From Sedimentisphaerales bacterium (GTDB lineage Bacteria; Planctomycetota; Phycisphaerae; Sedimentisphaerales; SM23-30), in contig CAXXFK010000042.1 in the NCBI GenBank assembly GCA_963663965.2, forward strand, positions 160,001 to 224,000: 64,000 nt of DNA. Direction: 5' to 3'. The notes beneath the pieces were generated by a model, which saw only the letters and a program-made list of their open reading frames with translations, was not told where the DNA came from and made no database searches. Position 1 is the stretch's first letter. Every line of letters starts with the position of its first letter. Shown one piece after another: positions 53,267 through 62,637 of the stretch. The translations under genes were made by a program, and so were the position numbers.

Positions 53267-54285
53267 GTTATCGAGTCGAATTAGATAATATCAGCCGTAC
53301 CGATTGGGAAAACCAAGCCCTTCATTTTCAGGATTACACGATTTACCAGACCTGGTCCTACCAGGAGAACCGGGCGCGAATGGATGGGCAGAATTTAAGG
53401 CGACTTATGGTACGGTCTGGATCTGGCGATGTGTGCCTGATGGCTCAGGTCCGTGTTCAAAATGTGCCTTTGCTGCCTTTTCGGGTGGGGTATATTCAAA
53501 ACGGACCGCTAATGTGCAGGGAGGGTATCGTTCCTGCCGATAGGATTGAAATTTTCCGTGTCATGGTCCGGGCTTTATTTGATGACGGGATACATGTTTT
53601 ACGAGTGGTCCCCAATGTTGTTGAAGATGAGCGGGGGAATGATATCGCAGCCGCCTTATCAGCCGCCGGCTTTAAAAAAGCAGAAAGAAAACAGCCATAT
53701 CATACCTTTAAAGTAGATGTCAGCGATTCGGAAGAAGCAATCCGGGCACGCTTGCGGAAAAGTTTTAGGCGAGATCTGAAAAATGCCGAAAAGTCCGGTC
53801 TGACTGTTCAGGCGGGATCCAATGATGACTGCTTTTCAGTTTTGGCTCAGTTATATGAGGAGTCAAAAGGACGTAAAGGCTTTAAAGGTTTAGAGATCGA
53901 AGAATTCAGTGTTCCTCAGAATGAATTGATTGCGTCTGAAAAAATGAAAGTTTTCGTGGCCTGTTGGGAAAACCAACCGGCTTCCGCTCTGTTGTCTACC
54001 GAACTGGGCGATTCTGCCATCGTCCTGCTGGCGGCCAGCAATCAGACGGGTTTGGAAAAAGGTTCATCTTACTTGCTTTGGTACCAGGCGTGTCTGTCGG
54101 CCCACTCTCGAGGTTTAAAATGGTGCGACTTGGGTGGCATCGATCCTGATAACAATCCCAGCGTTTTCCAGTTTAAATCACGAATGGGCGGTTTGGAGGT
54201 TCGGCACATTGGTACGTATGATCTCTGCAAAGGTAAAGTCTCCCAGGGTTTGCTCCAATTGATAGAGAAGTTTAAGGAGAGATGA
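53263..54285 (+). CDS. FemAB-like GNAT protein
   Basis: TIYQTWSY, GYIQNGPL, LRKSFRRDLKNAEK, SYLLWY, CDLGGIDPDNNPSVFQFKSRMGG. Confidence 0.85.
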   Translation: MSYRVELDNISRTDWENQALHFQDYTIYQTWSYQENRARMDGQNLRRLMVRSGSGDVCLMAQVRVQNVPLLPFRVGYIQNGPLMCREGIVPADRIEIFRVMVRALFDDGIHVLRVVPNVVEDERGNDIAAALSAAGFKKAERKQPYHTFKVDVSDSEEAIRARLRKSFRRDLKNAEKSGLTVQAGSNDDCFSVLAQLYEESKGRKGFKGLEIEEFSVPQNELIASEKMKVFVACWENQPASALLSTELGDSAIVLLAASNQTGLEKGSSYLLWYQACLSAHSRGLKWCDLGGIDPDNNPSVFQFKSRMGGLEVRHIGTYDLCKGKVSQGLLQLIEKFKER

Positions 54286-55484
54286 TGACATTAACGATTG
54301 ATGAATATCAGAGTTATGAAGATTGCCGGCATCTGGAGCAGGAGTGGGACCGGTTTGTCGCCGATAATGGCTCCGATATTTTTTTGACCTATGGTTGGGG
54401 GCGGATCTGGTGGAAATACTATGGAAAGAATCGAAAACTGATATTATTGATTTTTCGGCATGAAGGGAATATGATTGGCGTTTTACCTTTGTTCAAAGAG
54501 ATAATACATATTGGAATTTTTCCTATTCAGATAATCAAGATCGTTGGCTCCGATCACACATTAGCACAATTTAATTTGCCCTTATTAACTGAACACTTAG
54601 ATACAATCACCAGTTTTTTGTTTGAAAGATTAAACAATCACGGTTGGGATATATTGCTTCTGGGTGCTTTGGCGGGAAATTATTCATGCCAAGATGAATT
54701 ACAATCGGCATTGAACAGGCCTCGAATTTATTCTTTAGTCACGCAAAAAGGGTTTGTTCAAACTTACTTTAATGTAGTTGAACCTGAGGCATATCTGGCT
54801 GGGTTGAATAAGAATGAACGGACTGATATTCGCAGAAATTATCGTAACTTGGAAAAATTATCAAACGGGAATGAAAATCAAATCAATTTGGAGGTGGCTA
54901 AAATTGATAATTGGGCTGATATTTTCGCGCGCTTTTATCACGCACACCAGAATTATTGGCTGAACCAGGGCAAATTAGGGCATTTTGGCGATTGGCCCCA
55001 GGCAGAGAATTTTCACCGGGAATTGGTAAAATGGGGAGTCGATCACGATTATTTGCGCTTGTTTCGGATAAGTTATGGGGATTTGGATATTGGTTATGAA
55101 TATAATTATAAATGTGGCGGTATCTATTATGAGCTGTTGAATAGTCGAAATATCGATAATGATCTGCAAAAAATCAGTACTGGTAAAATTATCTGTTTTG
55201 AATTGATTCGGGCGGCATTTCAGGATGGCGTGAAACTCATTGATAGTATGCGCGGATATTATCCCCATAAAATGAAACTGGGTGGGGAGGTCCGTGATAT
55301 GGTTTCCCTTATTGTTGTCAAAAAGGGATTCGCTCAATGCAAATATTTATTATTACGTAGTTGGGCCAGGATGTTTAATTTGCTCTATTACAAGATCTGG
55401 TTTGGCCGTATTGCTCCAAGATTACCTCATAGGTGCCGTCGGCCTTTGAATCGACATTGGATTCGTACAAATATGTTTAGTTGA
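54282..55484 (+). CDS. GNAT acyltransferase (CelD/BcsL-like)
   Basis: LEQEWDRF...IFLTYGW..IWWKYYG, IGVLPL, ISTGKI, IDSMRGYYPHKMKLG. Confidence 0.82.
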   Translation: MMTLTIDEYQSYEDCRHLEQEWDRFVADNGSDIFLTYGWGRIWWKYYGKNRKLILLIFRHEGNMIGVLPLFKEIIHIGIFPIQIIKIVGSDHTLAQFNLPLLTEHLDTITSFLFERLNNHGWDILLLGALAGNYSCQDELQSALNRPRIYSLVTQKGFVQTYFNVVEPEAYLAGLNKNERTDIRRNYRNLEKLSNGNENQINLEVAKIDNWADIFARFYHAHQNYWLNQGKLGHFGDWPQAENFHRELVKWGVDHDYLRLFRISYGDLDIGYEYNYKCGGIYYELLNSRNIDNDLQKISTGKIICFELIRAAFQDGVKLIDSMRGYYPHKMKLGGEVRDMVSLIVVKKGFAQCKYLLLRSWARMFNLLYYKIWFGRIAPRLPHRCRRPLNRHWIRTNMFS

Positions 55485-55745
55485 ATACGCAATACTATTA
55501 AAAGAGATAATGCTCTTTTTCTTTGATTTTGGTCTGCAATAATATGCCAGGGATGCTTTGCCGGGTTTCTGGCACAAATCGTGATGACTTCTATGATGAG
55601 CCTGATCCATTAGCCGTGAATATATTTGTGCCATTTGTAGTCAAAAAGGGCGATTGTAACCGTTGAATGAGGATGCTAATTCTTTTGGATTTGTATGCAA
55701 ATCAAGGCTGACCGGATAAGTTTTTTAAATGACAGGAGTTAGTTT

Positions 55746-56810
55746 ATGAAAGTAATGTTTGAAGAAAACTTACCAATCGAAATACAAGCTGACCTGACCG
55801 ATTTTTGGTTGAATTGTGATTCGGCCCACATCTGGCAGGCTCCTTTTTCTTCTTCGTATTATGACATCCAAAACAAGAAAACTATCAAAGTTATCGGGAT
55901 TGATGATGATGGGAAGGTGTGTGGATTTGGCCAGTTTTTTTACACGTTGAACAATTTTGAAGCGGTTTGTTTGCGAGGTCCGGTTGTTAAATCTCCTGAT
56001 CATTTTGAGCCTTTTATGCAGTTAGTAGAGAAGTATTTCTTGGATAGAAAGGTTGGGCAATTACGAATATCTCCCTACTGGGCGTATCCCGAAGCTGAAC
56101 AGATTGTAAATCGATTAAAAAATCTGGATTATTCCGCCTATTACAAAGATGAGGTCTATACTAAGACAGGACGAGTATCATTAGATCGTTCCTTGGATGA
56201 CATTTGGTTGTCATTTTCCAAAGATACAAGAAAACACATAAAAAAGGTGGATAAGTATAATATTCTGATAAAAAAGCCTGATTCGTATGATGACGCCCTT
56301 TCCGGCTTTAATATTTTGAAACGAATGAGAACGGCCAGAGGTTTGACACCCATGGATGAGAATGAATTCAAAGGTTTTTATGAATCGTTCACTTGCGGAG
56401 ATGATTGGGGTACGCAATTTAATGCTTACCATGAATCAGATTTTCTAGGGACATTGTGGTTGGCGAGAATGAAAAATATTTCCATTACTGTGGGTTACGC
56501 CGTTGATCGGGATAAATGTCCCAACGGGATTTCAATTGGGATTCCGTTATGGTGGGAAGGAATAAAATGGGCCAGGGAAAAAGGTTGCATTTTATTCGAT
56601 GTTGAAGGGTATGATCCAGATACCCCGGTTGAATCTCCCTTGTATCATATCCATCAACATAAACAAAAATTTAGACCGGAACCGGTGCAGATTATATCTG
56701 AGCATATCAAAGTACTGAATTCCCAGAAATGTCTAATGTATAAAGCGTTTGATTTGAAAAACCGCGTGCAAAAGAAATTAAACAAGTTCATTCACAAGTC
56801 ATCGTATTGA
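55746..56810 (+). CDS. FemABX-like peptidyltransferase-fold protein
   Basis: HIWQ, CLRGPV, LRISP, FSKDTRKHIKK, LWWEGIKWAREKGCILFDVEG, HKQKF; AGGAG RBS. Confidence 0.82.
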   Translation: MKVMFEENLPIEIQADLTDFWLNCDSAHIWQAPFSSSYYDIQNKKTIKVIGIDDDGKVCGFGQFFYTLNNFEAVCLRGPVVKSPDHFEPFMQLVEKYFLDRKVGQLRISPYWAYPEAEQIVNRLKNLDYSAYYKDEVYTKTGRVSLDRSLDDIWLSFSKDTRKHIKKVDKYNILIKKPDSYDDALSGFNILKRMRTARGLTPMDENEFKGFYESFTCGDDWGTQFNAYHESDFLGTLWLARMKNISITVGYAVDRDKCPNGISIGIPLWWEGIKWAREKGCILFDVEGYDPDTPVESPLYHIHQHKQKFRPEPVQIISEHIKVLNSQKCLMYKAFDLKNRVQKKLNKFIHKSSY

Positions 56811-56836
56811 TGGCGCCGGATTGATTTTCAGTAATC

Positions 56837-57991
56837 ATGCTGTATAATGGTTTGCCATCGCTAGTTATAAAAGATGTTATTGGCTCTTCGAAAAAGCATA
56901 ACATTCTGGATCATTTTGATTGCATGCAATGTCATAAAACTCGAGTGGGTATCAGTTTGATTGCTCAACTTTTATCCAGAGGGGATAGAAAAAAATTTTT
57001 ATTACCAGCCTACAATTGCGGATCGGAAGTGTCGCCGTTCTTGAAAAATAATTTATCAATTGAGTTGTATCGTGTACGGCAGGACCTGTCAATTGATCTT
57101 GAAGACCTCAAAGCCAGAATCACGCCCGCGACCCGGGCCATTTATGTAATTCATTATTTTGGTTTTCCTCATGATTTGACTGAAATTAAAACGTTATGTG
57201 CAAGCAATAAATTGTGGTTAATTGAAGATTGCGCGCTATCGTTATTCAGTTGCTTTTCAGATGGCAGGCCAGTCGGTTCGGTTGGCGATATCGCTCTTTA
57301 TAACTACCCAAAGATGTTGCCGGTTCCGGATGGGGGGGCATTGGTCATTCATAATCCTGAGATTCGGTTTGAAGGGGATGAAACTTGGAATTTTCGCCAA
57401 CCCCCAGTCTCTGGCACTGTCCGGTCTCTATTGCCATTTGCCAAACGCAATTTATTAATGATGCTATCTGGAACCCCTTTATTTCAAGTATTTTGGAATT
57501 TATTGCAAAAGCGTCAGCCTCATGATGCTGCCTTGAATGTCAGATTTCCTGATATGCCCGATTCATATTACTATGATTCGCGATTGGATCATCTAGGCGT
57601 GTCGGGAATAACACGCTGGCTGTTATCCCGGTTCGACAGTGAAGAAATTCGCGGAATAAGAAGAAGAAATTATCTGAGGTATCTTGAGCGGCTCGGCCCG
57701 GCAAAAGGGCTGTCTCTCATCTTTTCAAGTTTGCCTGATGGGGCATGTCCTTTGCATTTCCCGGTGTTAGTTGCCAACCGTAACGAGATTTGCCGCTGCT
57801 TGCATGATATGGCGATTGAGGCGATTGCCTGGTGGTCAGGTTATCATCAGGGATTACCCTGGCTAGATTATCCTGATGCCTGTTATTTAAAGGATCATGT
57901 GGTGGCTTTGCCGGTTCATCAACAAATGAAGGACGCCAATATTGATTATATATCTGAGCAACTTATCAATTGCATGAAGCATGATGCCTGA
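56837..57991 (+). CDS. Divergent DegT-family PLP-dependent aminotransferase
   Basis: LPAYNC, VIHYFGFP, IEDCALS, YNYPKMLPVPDGG, RRRNY, LPVHQ. Confidence 0.85.
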   Translation: MLYNGLPSLVIKDVIGSSKKHNILDHFDCMQCHKTRVGISLIAQLLSRGDRKKFLLPAYNCGSEVSPFLKNNLSIELYRVRQDLSIDLEDLKARITPATRAIYVIHYFGFPHDLTEIKTLCASNKLWLIEDCALSLFSCFSDGRPVGSVGDIALYNYPKMLPVPDGGALVIHNPEIRFEGDETWNFRQPPVSGTVRSLLPFAKRNLLMMLSGTPLFQVFWNLLQKRQPHDAALNVRFPDMPDSYYYDSRLDHLGVSGITRWLLSRFDSEEIRGIRRRNYLRYLERLGPAKGLSLIFSSLPDGACPLHFPVLVANRNEICRCLHDMAIEAIAWWSGYHQGLPWLDYPDACYLKDHVVALPVHQQMKDANIDYISEQLINCMKHDA

Positions 57992-58032
57992 GTTAGATAA
58001 TTATTTGCAGTAAGAAAACGATATAAATAAAA

Positions 58033-59043
58033 GTGGTTAAGATGAGAGGCAATAAAATTTCTTATGTCATTCTGACTCCCTGCCATAATGAGGAACAGTA
58101 TATCGAATTTCCCTTGCGTTCGGTAATTGCTCAGACCCTCAAACCCGCCATGTGGATGATTGTGGATGACAGTTCAACCGATGGTACCGGCAGCCTCATT
58201 AAACAATATGCGTCTGAATATGAAAATATTCATTACCATTACCGGACCAAACCGGCCGGGCAGGCATATTTCGCCAGTAATGTGTATGCGATTATGGAAG
58301 GATACGGAGAAATTGGAAAATTAACCGGTGCGCCGAGAAACGAGGGAATGGGAAATGGTGAAAAGCCGAATGGCCCAAATGATACCCATGGCCATTCGAG
58401 CCAGGGACCTCGCCTCCTGGATCCCTCTTCTCCTGATGGGGCTTATCGATATATTGCTATTCTCGATGCCGACATTACCCTGCCGCCGGATTACTACGAA
58501 TCGATTATCCACCGCATGGAAGCGGACCCCAAACTGGGAATAGCCAGTGGGATTTATGAAAATCTGATTGATGGCAAGTTGGTTGCGGTCTTGAATGATC
58601 GACGCAGCACACCCAAGGCGATCATGGTGTTTCGCCGGGAATGCTTTGAGCAGATAGGCGGTTTTTTGCCATTGAAATATGGCGGTGAAGATACTGCCGC
58701 CTGTGTGATGGCGCGGATGCGTGGCTGGAAAGTCTGGTCTTTCCCTGATGTAAAAGTGATACATCATCGCCCAACCGGAATTGGCAATGCAAAATCGTTA
58801 TTACGGGCCAGGTTTCATCAGGGAAAATGTGAATATTACCTGGGCAACCATCCCACATTCTTTTTATTGAAATCCATTAGGCGCTGTCTTAAAGAGAACC
58901 CGTTTATCATTGGAGGCCTTATGAGAATCGCAGGATATCTTGGGGCATGTTTCAGTCGGGAAAAAAGGATTTTACCGGATGGCTTTTTAGATTATATCAG
59001 GAGAGAGCAACTGAACCGGATCTTTCGATTGAACAAAATTTAA
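58033..59043 (+). CDS. Glycosyltransferase family 2 with an in-frame ~40-aa insertion
   Basis: YVILTPCHNEE, VDDSSTDGT, ILDADI, RRECFEQIGG, GGEDT, HHRPTG; low-complexity segment at 58318-58443. Confidence 0.9.
   Translation: MVKMRGNKISYVILTPCHNEEQYIEFPLRSVIAQTLKPAMWMIVDDSSTDGTGSLIKQYASEYENIHYHYRTKPAGQAYFASNVYAIMEGYGEIGKLTGAPRNEGMGNGEKPNGPNDTHGHSSQGPRLLDPSSPDGAYRYIAILDADITLPPDYYESIIHRMEADPKLGIASGIYENLIDGKLVAVLNDRRSTPKAIMVFRRECFEQIGGFLPLKYGGEDTAACVMARMRGWKVWSFPDVKVIHHRPTGIGNAKSLLRARFHQGKCEYYLGNHPTFFLLKSIRRCLKENPFIIGGLMRIAGYLGACFSREKRILPDGFLDYIRREQLNRIFRLNKI
58335..58435. repeat. Imperfect palindrome with 7-nt periodic arms inside the GT2 coding sequence
   Basis: Core inverted repeat CGAATGGCC (58367-58375) / GGCCATTCG (58390-58398); purine-rich heptads on the left, pyrimidine-rich heptads on the right. 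Confidence 0.65.
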
Positions 59044-59071
59044 TCAAAGGCATTTAGAGGAGTATTATATC

Positions 59072-59842
59072 GTGTCACCAGGGATTGTCTTCAAATTCGT
59101 CGATTTATTAGGAGCCAAAGTCTGGTTTATGAACATGAAGAATGTCATCGAAGAATCGGACAAGGCGATTCAAACTCGGACTTCTTTATTAATCGGCGTG
59201 GTGAACGTGGCCAAATTGGTGAACGCGCGCAAAAATCCGGAACTCAAACGCAGTCTTGAAGAAACGGATTTCACCGTGGCGGATGGCTTGCCCGTCGTAT
59301 GGCTGTCTCGTTTGTGCGGCCGGCCTTTGCCGGAACGGGTCGCAGGGATAGATATCATGCATGAGTTGTTGAAGTTGGCTGACGAAAAACATTATGGCGT
59401 CTATTTCCTGGGAGCCAAGCCGGAAGTTGTCGAAAATGTGGTTGACTGGACCCGGCGGCACCATCCGGGTGTGAGGATTGCCGGTTGGCGGGATGGCTAT
59501 TTTAAAGAGGATCAGGAATTGCAGGTCGCCGAATCGATTCGGGATAGTCAGGCGGATATCCTTTTTGTGGCGATCACGCCTCCCAAAAAAGAGATCTTTT
59601 TACGCAAGTACAGCAAAATGATGGGAGTCCCGGTTTGTCATGGCGTAGGGGGGAGTTTTGATGTGGTTGCGGGTGTGACCCGGCGTGCTCCGCGCTGGAT
59701 GCAGAAAACGGGAATGGAGTGGTTTTATCGGGTGATGCAGGAACCTGGCCGGATGTGGAAACGGTATTTTGTTACGAATACAACATTTATCTGGCTGAGT
59801 ATGGGAGAAATCGCCAGGTATCGCCTCGGATTTAAAAAATAA
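59072..59842 (+). CDS. WecG/TagA/CpsF family glycosyltransferase
   Basis: VNVAK, VADGLPVVW, PERVAGIDI, YFLGA, DGYF, PKKE, GVGGSFDV.AG..RRAP.WMQK.GMEW.YR..QEP.RMWKRY. Confidence 0.95.
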   Translation: MSPGIVFKFVDLLGAKVWFMNMKNVIEESDKAIQTRTSLLIGVVNVAKLVNARKNPELKRSLEETDFTVADGLPVVWLSRLCGRPLPERVAGIDIMHELLKLADEKHYGVYFLGAKPEVVENVVDWTRRHHPGVRIAGWRDGYFKEDQELQVAESIRDSQADILFVAITPPKKEIFLRKYSKMMGVPVCHGVGGSFDVVAGVTRRAPRWMQKTGMEWFYRVMQEPGRMWKRYFVTNTTFIWLSMGEIARYRLGFKK

Positions 59843-59907
59843 CATGTCGTAAAATGTAAGGGAAATTCCTAACTGCTTGAATTTTATCCATCCCATTTGA
59901 TGAGACT

Positions 59908-61002
59908 ATGAATATGAAAATCATCCATATTGCGGGCGCTCGTCCCAATTTCGTTAAAATTGCCAGCATTATCAAAGCCTGTCAGTTGCGTCCGGAACTG
60001 AACAATATGCTGGTTCATACCGGCCAGCACTACAGCCCTCAGATGAGCGAGGCCTTTTTTCATGAATTGAATATCCCGGAACCTGATATCAATCTGGAAG
60101 TGGGCTCTGGCAGCCACGCCCAGCAAACCGCTGAAATCATGAAACGTTTCGAATCTGTCGTGCTGGAACAGAAACCGGATGCGGTTTTAGTCGTCGGGGA
60201 TGTCAATTCAACCGTTGCCTGTGTGTTGACTGCCGTCAAGTTGGGGATTAAAGCCATTCATGTCGAGGCGGGTTTACGCAGTTTCGACCGGACCATGCCG
60301 GAAGAAATCAACAGGGTCGTGACCGATTCTATCAGCGATCTGTTATTTGTAACCGAACAGAGTGGGGTTGACAATTTGCTGGCCGAAGGGATTGCCGATG
60401 AGAAAATTTATCTGGTTGGGAATGTCATGATTGATACCCTGCTCCAGAACCGGGCCAAAGCGGAACAATCGCAAATTCTGAAAACCCATGACTTAGAAGG
60501 CCGCGATTATGCGGTAATTACTATGCATCGCCCCTCCAATGTGGATAACCTTGAGGTGTTTGGCAGGATCCTGGACGCTTTTGAGGTTATACAGAATGAT
60601 ATGAAAATGATTTTCCCGATTCATCCTAGAACCTTGAAAAATATGCAGTCCAATGGCCTTTATTCCCGCATTACCGCTATGCCAAATATGGTTCTGGTCG
60701 AGCCGATGGGCTATCTGGACTTTCTCAAAATGATGTCTGAAGCCAGTATCGTAGTGACCGATTCCGGTGGCATCCAGGAAGAAACTACGATTCTGGGCGT
60801 GCCATGTTTGACTGTACGGGAAAATACCGAGCGTCCGGTAACCATCACTCAGGGCACTAATCAACTGGTGGGTATGAATCCTGACAATATCCTGGCGGGT
60901 TATAATAAGGCGCGTCGTGGCGATATCCCGGCGCAGGTTCCCCCCTTGTGGGATGGCAATGCCGCTCAGCGAATCGCGGAGATTCTGGTTGCACAGCGGT
61001 AG
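59908..61002 (+). CDS. wecB: UDP-N-acetylglucosamine 2-epimerase (non-hydrolysing)
   Basis: GARPNFVK, HTGQHY, VVGDVNST, HVEAGLRS, TDSGGIQEE, RENTERP. Confidence 0.96.
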   Translation: MNMKIIHIAGARPNFVKIASIIKACQLRPELNNMLVHTGQHYSPQMSEAFFHELNIPEPDINLEVGSGSHAQQTAEIMKRFESVVLEQKPDAVLVVGDVNSTVACVLTAVKLGIKAIHVEAGLRSFDRTMPEEINRVVTDSISDLLFVTEQSGVDNLLAEGIADEKIYLVGNVMIDTLLQNRAKAEQSQILKTHDLEGRDYAVITMHRPSNVDNLEVFGRILDAFEVIQNDMKMIFPIHPRTLKNMQSNGLYSRITAMPNMVLVEPMGYLDFLKMMSEASIVVTDSGGIQEETTILGVPCLTVRENTERPVTITQGTNQLVGMNPDNILAGYNKARRGDIPAQVPPLWDGNAAQRIAEILVAQR

Positions 61003-61234
61003 GCGGACTCATGATCCTATGACCAATCAAACCATTTTGCGTGTCAGAAATCGGCTCAAAACCGATAAATCATCGCTCACTTGGCGCCATATTATGAATC
61101 GCAATGACGGAACTTGAATTATTCAGCTTAGGGGCTGTCCATAAATAAATACAGCATTTATCTTTCAGGCCTTTTCCCATTTTCCGGTGTTTACTGGCCT
61201 GTCATACGGTTTAAAATCTTTTCTGGAGCCAATC

Positions 61235-62104
61235 ATGAAAGGCATCATCCTCGCCGGCGGTAGCGGCACCCGCCTCTATCCCATGACCCAGGTGGTCAGT
61301 AAACAACTACTGCCTGTTTATGATAAACCCATGATCTATTATCCACTCACCACGCTCATGCTGGCCGGCATCCGCGAGATATTACTGATTTCCACCCCGC
61401 ACGACCTGCCCCGGTTTCAGGAGCTATTAGGCGATGGCTCTCAGTGGGGCCTTGAACTGAGCTATGCCGAGCAACCCCGTCCCGAAGGCCTGGCCCAGGC
61501 CTTCCATATCGGCCGCGCATTTATCGCCGGCGGCCCGGCCTGCCTGGTCCTGGGCGATAACATCTTTTTTGGCGCCGGTCTGTCTGCCAAACTCCAGCGC
61601 GCCGCCCAGCTTAAAGAGGGCGCCACTGTCTTTGGCTATTGGGTTGAAGATCCCGAGCGTTATGGTGTTGTCGAATTTGATGCGGATAAAAAAGCCATAT
61701 CCATTGAAGAAAAGCCTAAGCAACCTAAATCCAGCTACGCCGTGGTAGGACTCTATTTCTACGACAGCCAAATAACGGATATTGCCGCTGCCGTTAAACC
61801 ATCGGCCCGCGGCGAGCTTGAAATTACCGATGTCAATAATGCCTATCTCAAACAGGGCCAGCTTAATGTCGAACTGCTTGGCCGCGGCATGGCCTGGCTC
61901 GACACCGGTACCGCCGATTCACTGCTGGAAGCAGGTAATTTTGTTGCCACCATCGAAAAACGCCAGGGTCAGCAAATTGCCTCTCCCGAAGAAATCGCCT
62001 GGCGCATGGGCTGGATCACTAAAGACCAGTTCCTCACCCGCGTGCAGCAGCTGGGCAAGAGTCAGTATGGACAGTATCTGGCCCATCAGATTAAGCGGCC
62101 ATAA
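61235..62104 (+). CDS. rfbA: Glucose-1-phosphate thymidylyltransferase
   Basis: [57 protein letters not shown]. Confidence 0.97.
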   Translation: MKGIILAGGSGTRLYPMTQVVSKQLLPVYDKPMIYYPLTTLMLAGIREILLISTPHDLPRFQELLGDGSQWGLELSYAEQPRPEGLAQAFHIGRAFIAGGPACLVLGDNIFFGAGLSAKLQRAAQLKEGATVFGYWVEDPERYGVVEFDADKKAISIEEKPKQPKSSYAVVGLYFYDSQITDIAAAVKPSARGELEITDVNNAYLKQGQLNVELLGRGMAWLDTGTADSLLEAGNFVATIEKRQGQQIASPEEIAWRMGWITKDQFLTRVQQLGKSQYGQYLAHQIKRP

Positions 62105-62109
62105 AAATT

Positions 62110-62612
62110 GCCACTGATACCGCTGAAACAAGGATAGAATATATGGATGATGTTGAATTGTTGATTGGCCATTATTGAATAAAGGGAGTGTGAATCTGGA
62201 AAAATATCAGGATTATAAGCATAGCGATATTACTGGGAAAATTAATCGATGTGCCGTTATCGTATTTGACAAGCTTGGATGGGGATTTCTCGAAAAAGTA
62301 TACGAAAATACCATGGCTATCGAATTGGAAAAGTTGGGTATAGCATTTGAAGTACAAAAACCTCTTTCTATCTACTACGATCAAAAGATCATTGGCGATT
62401 ATTATGCCGATATTGTTGTTGATGATAAGGTAATAGTTGAATTGAAGGCCTGTAAAGCACTTGAAGAGATACATTATGCCCAACTTTATAATTATCTGCG
62501 AGCAACAGGTATTGAAGTGGGTCTTTTAATCAACTTTGGACAGAAGCTGGATATCAAACGAAGGGCCATATACAAGAATTAAACTATTACCATGTATCCT
62601 TGTTTCAGTGGC
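62110..62612. mobile_element. GxxExxY gene cassette bounded by inverted repeats
   Basis: CTGAAACAAGGATA (62123-62136) / TATCCTTGTTTCAG (62595-62608) perfect 14-bp inverted repeat, plus GCCACTG / CAGTGGC; interior is AT-richer than rfbA and rfbB. Confidence 0.6.
62175..62582 (+). CDS. GxxExxY protein (PD-(D/E)XK nuclease-like fold)
   Basis: LGWGFLEKVYE, YYADIVVDDKVIVELKA, AQLYNYLRATGIEVGLLINFG. Confidence 0.93.
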   Translation: MNKGSVNLEKYQDYKHSDITGKINRCAVIVFDKLGWGFLEKVYENTMAIELEKLGIAFEVQKPLSIYYDQKIIGDYYADIVVDDKVIVELKACKALEEIHYAQLYNYLRATGIEVGLLINFGQKLDIKRRAIYKN

Positions 62613-62637
62613 TATTATTTCTTTTAAGGTGTAAAAA

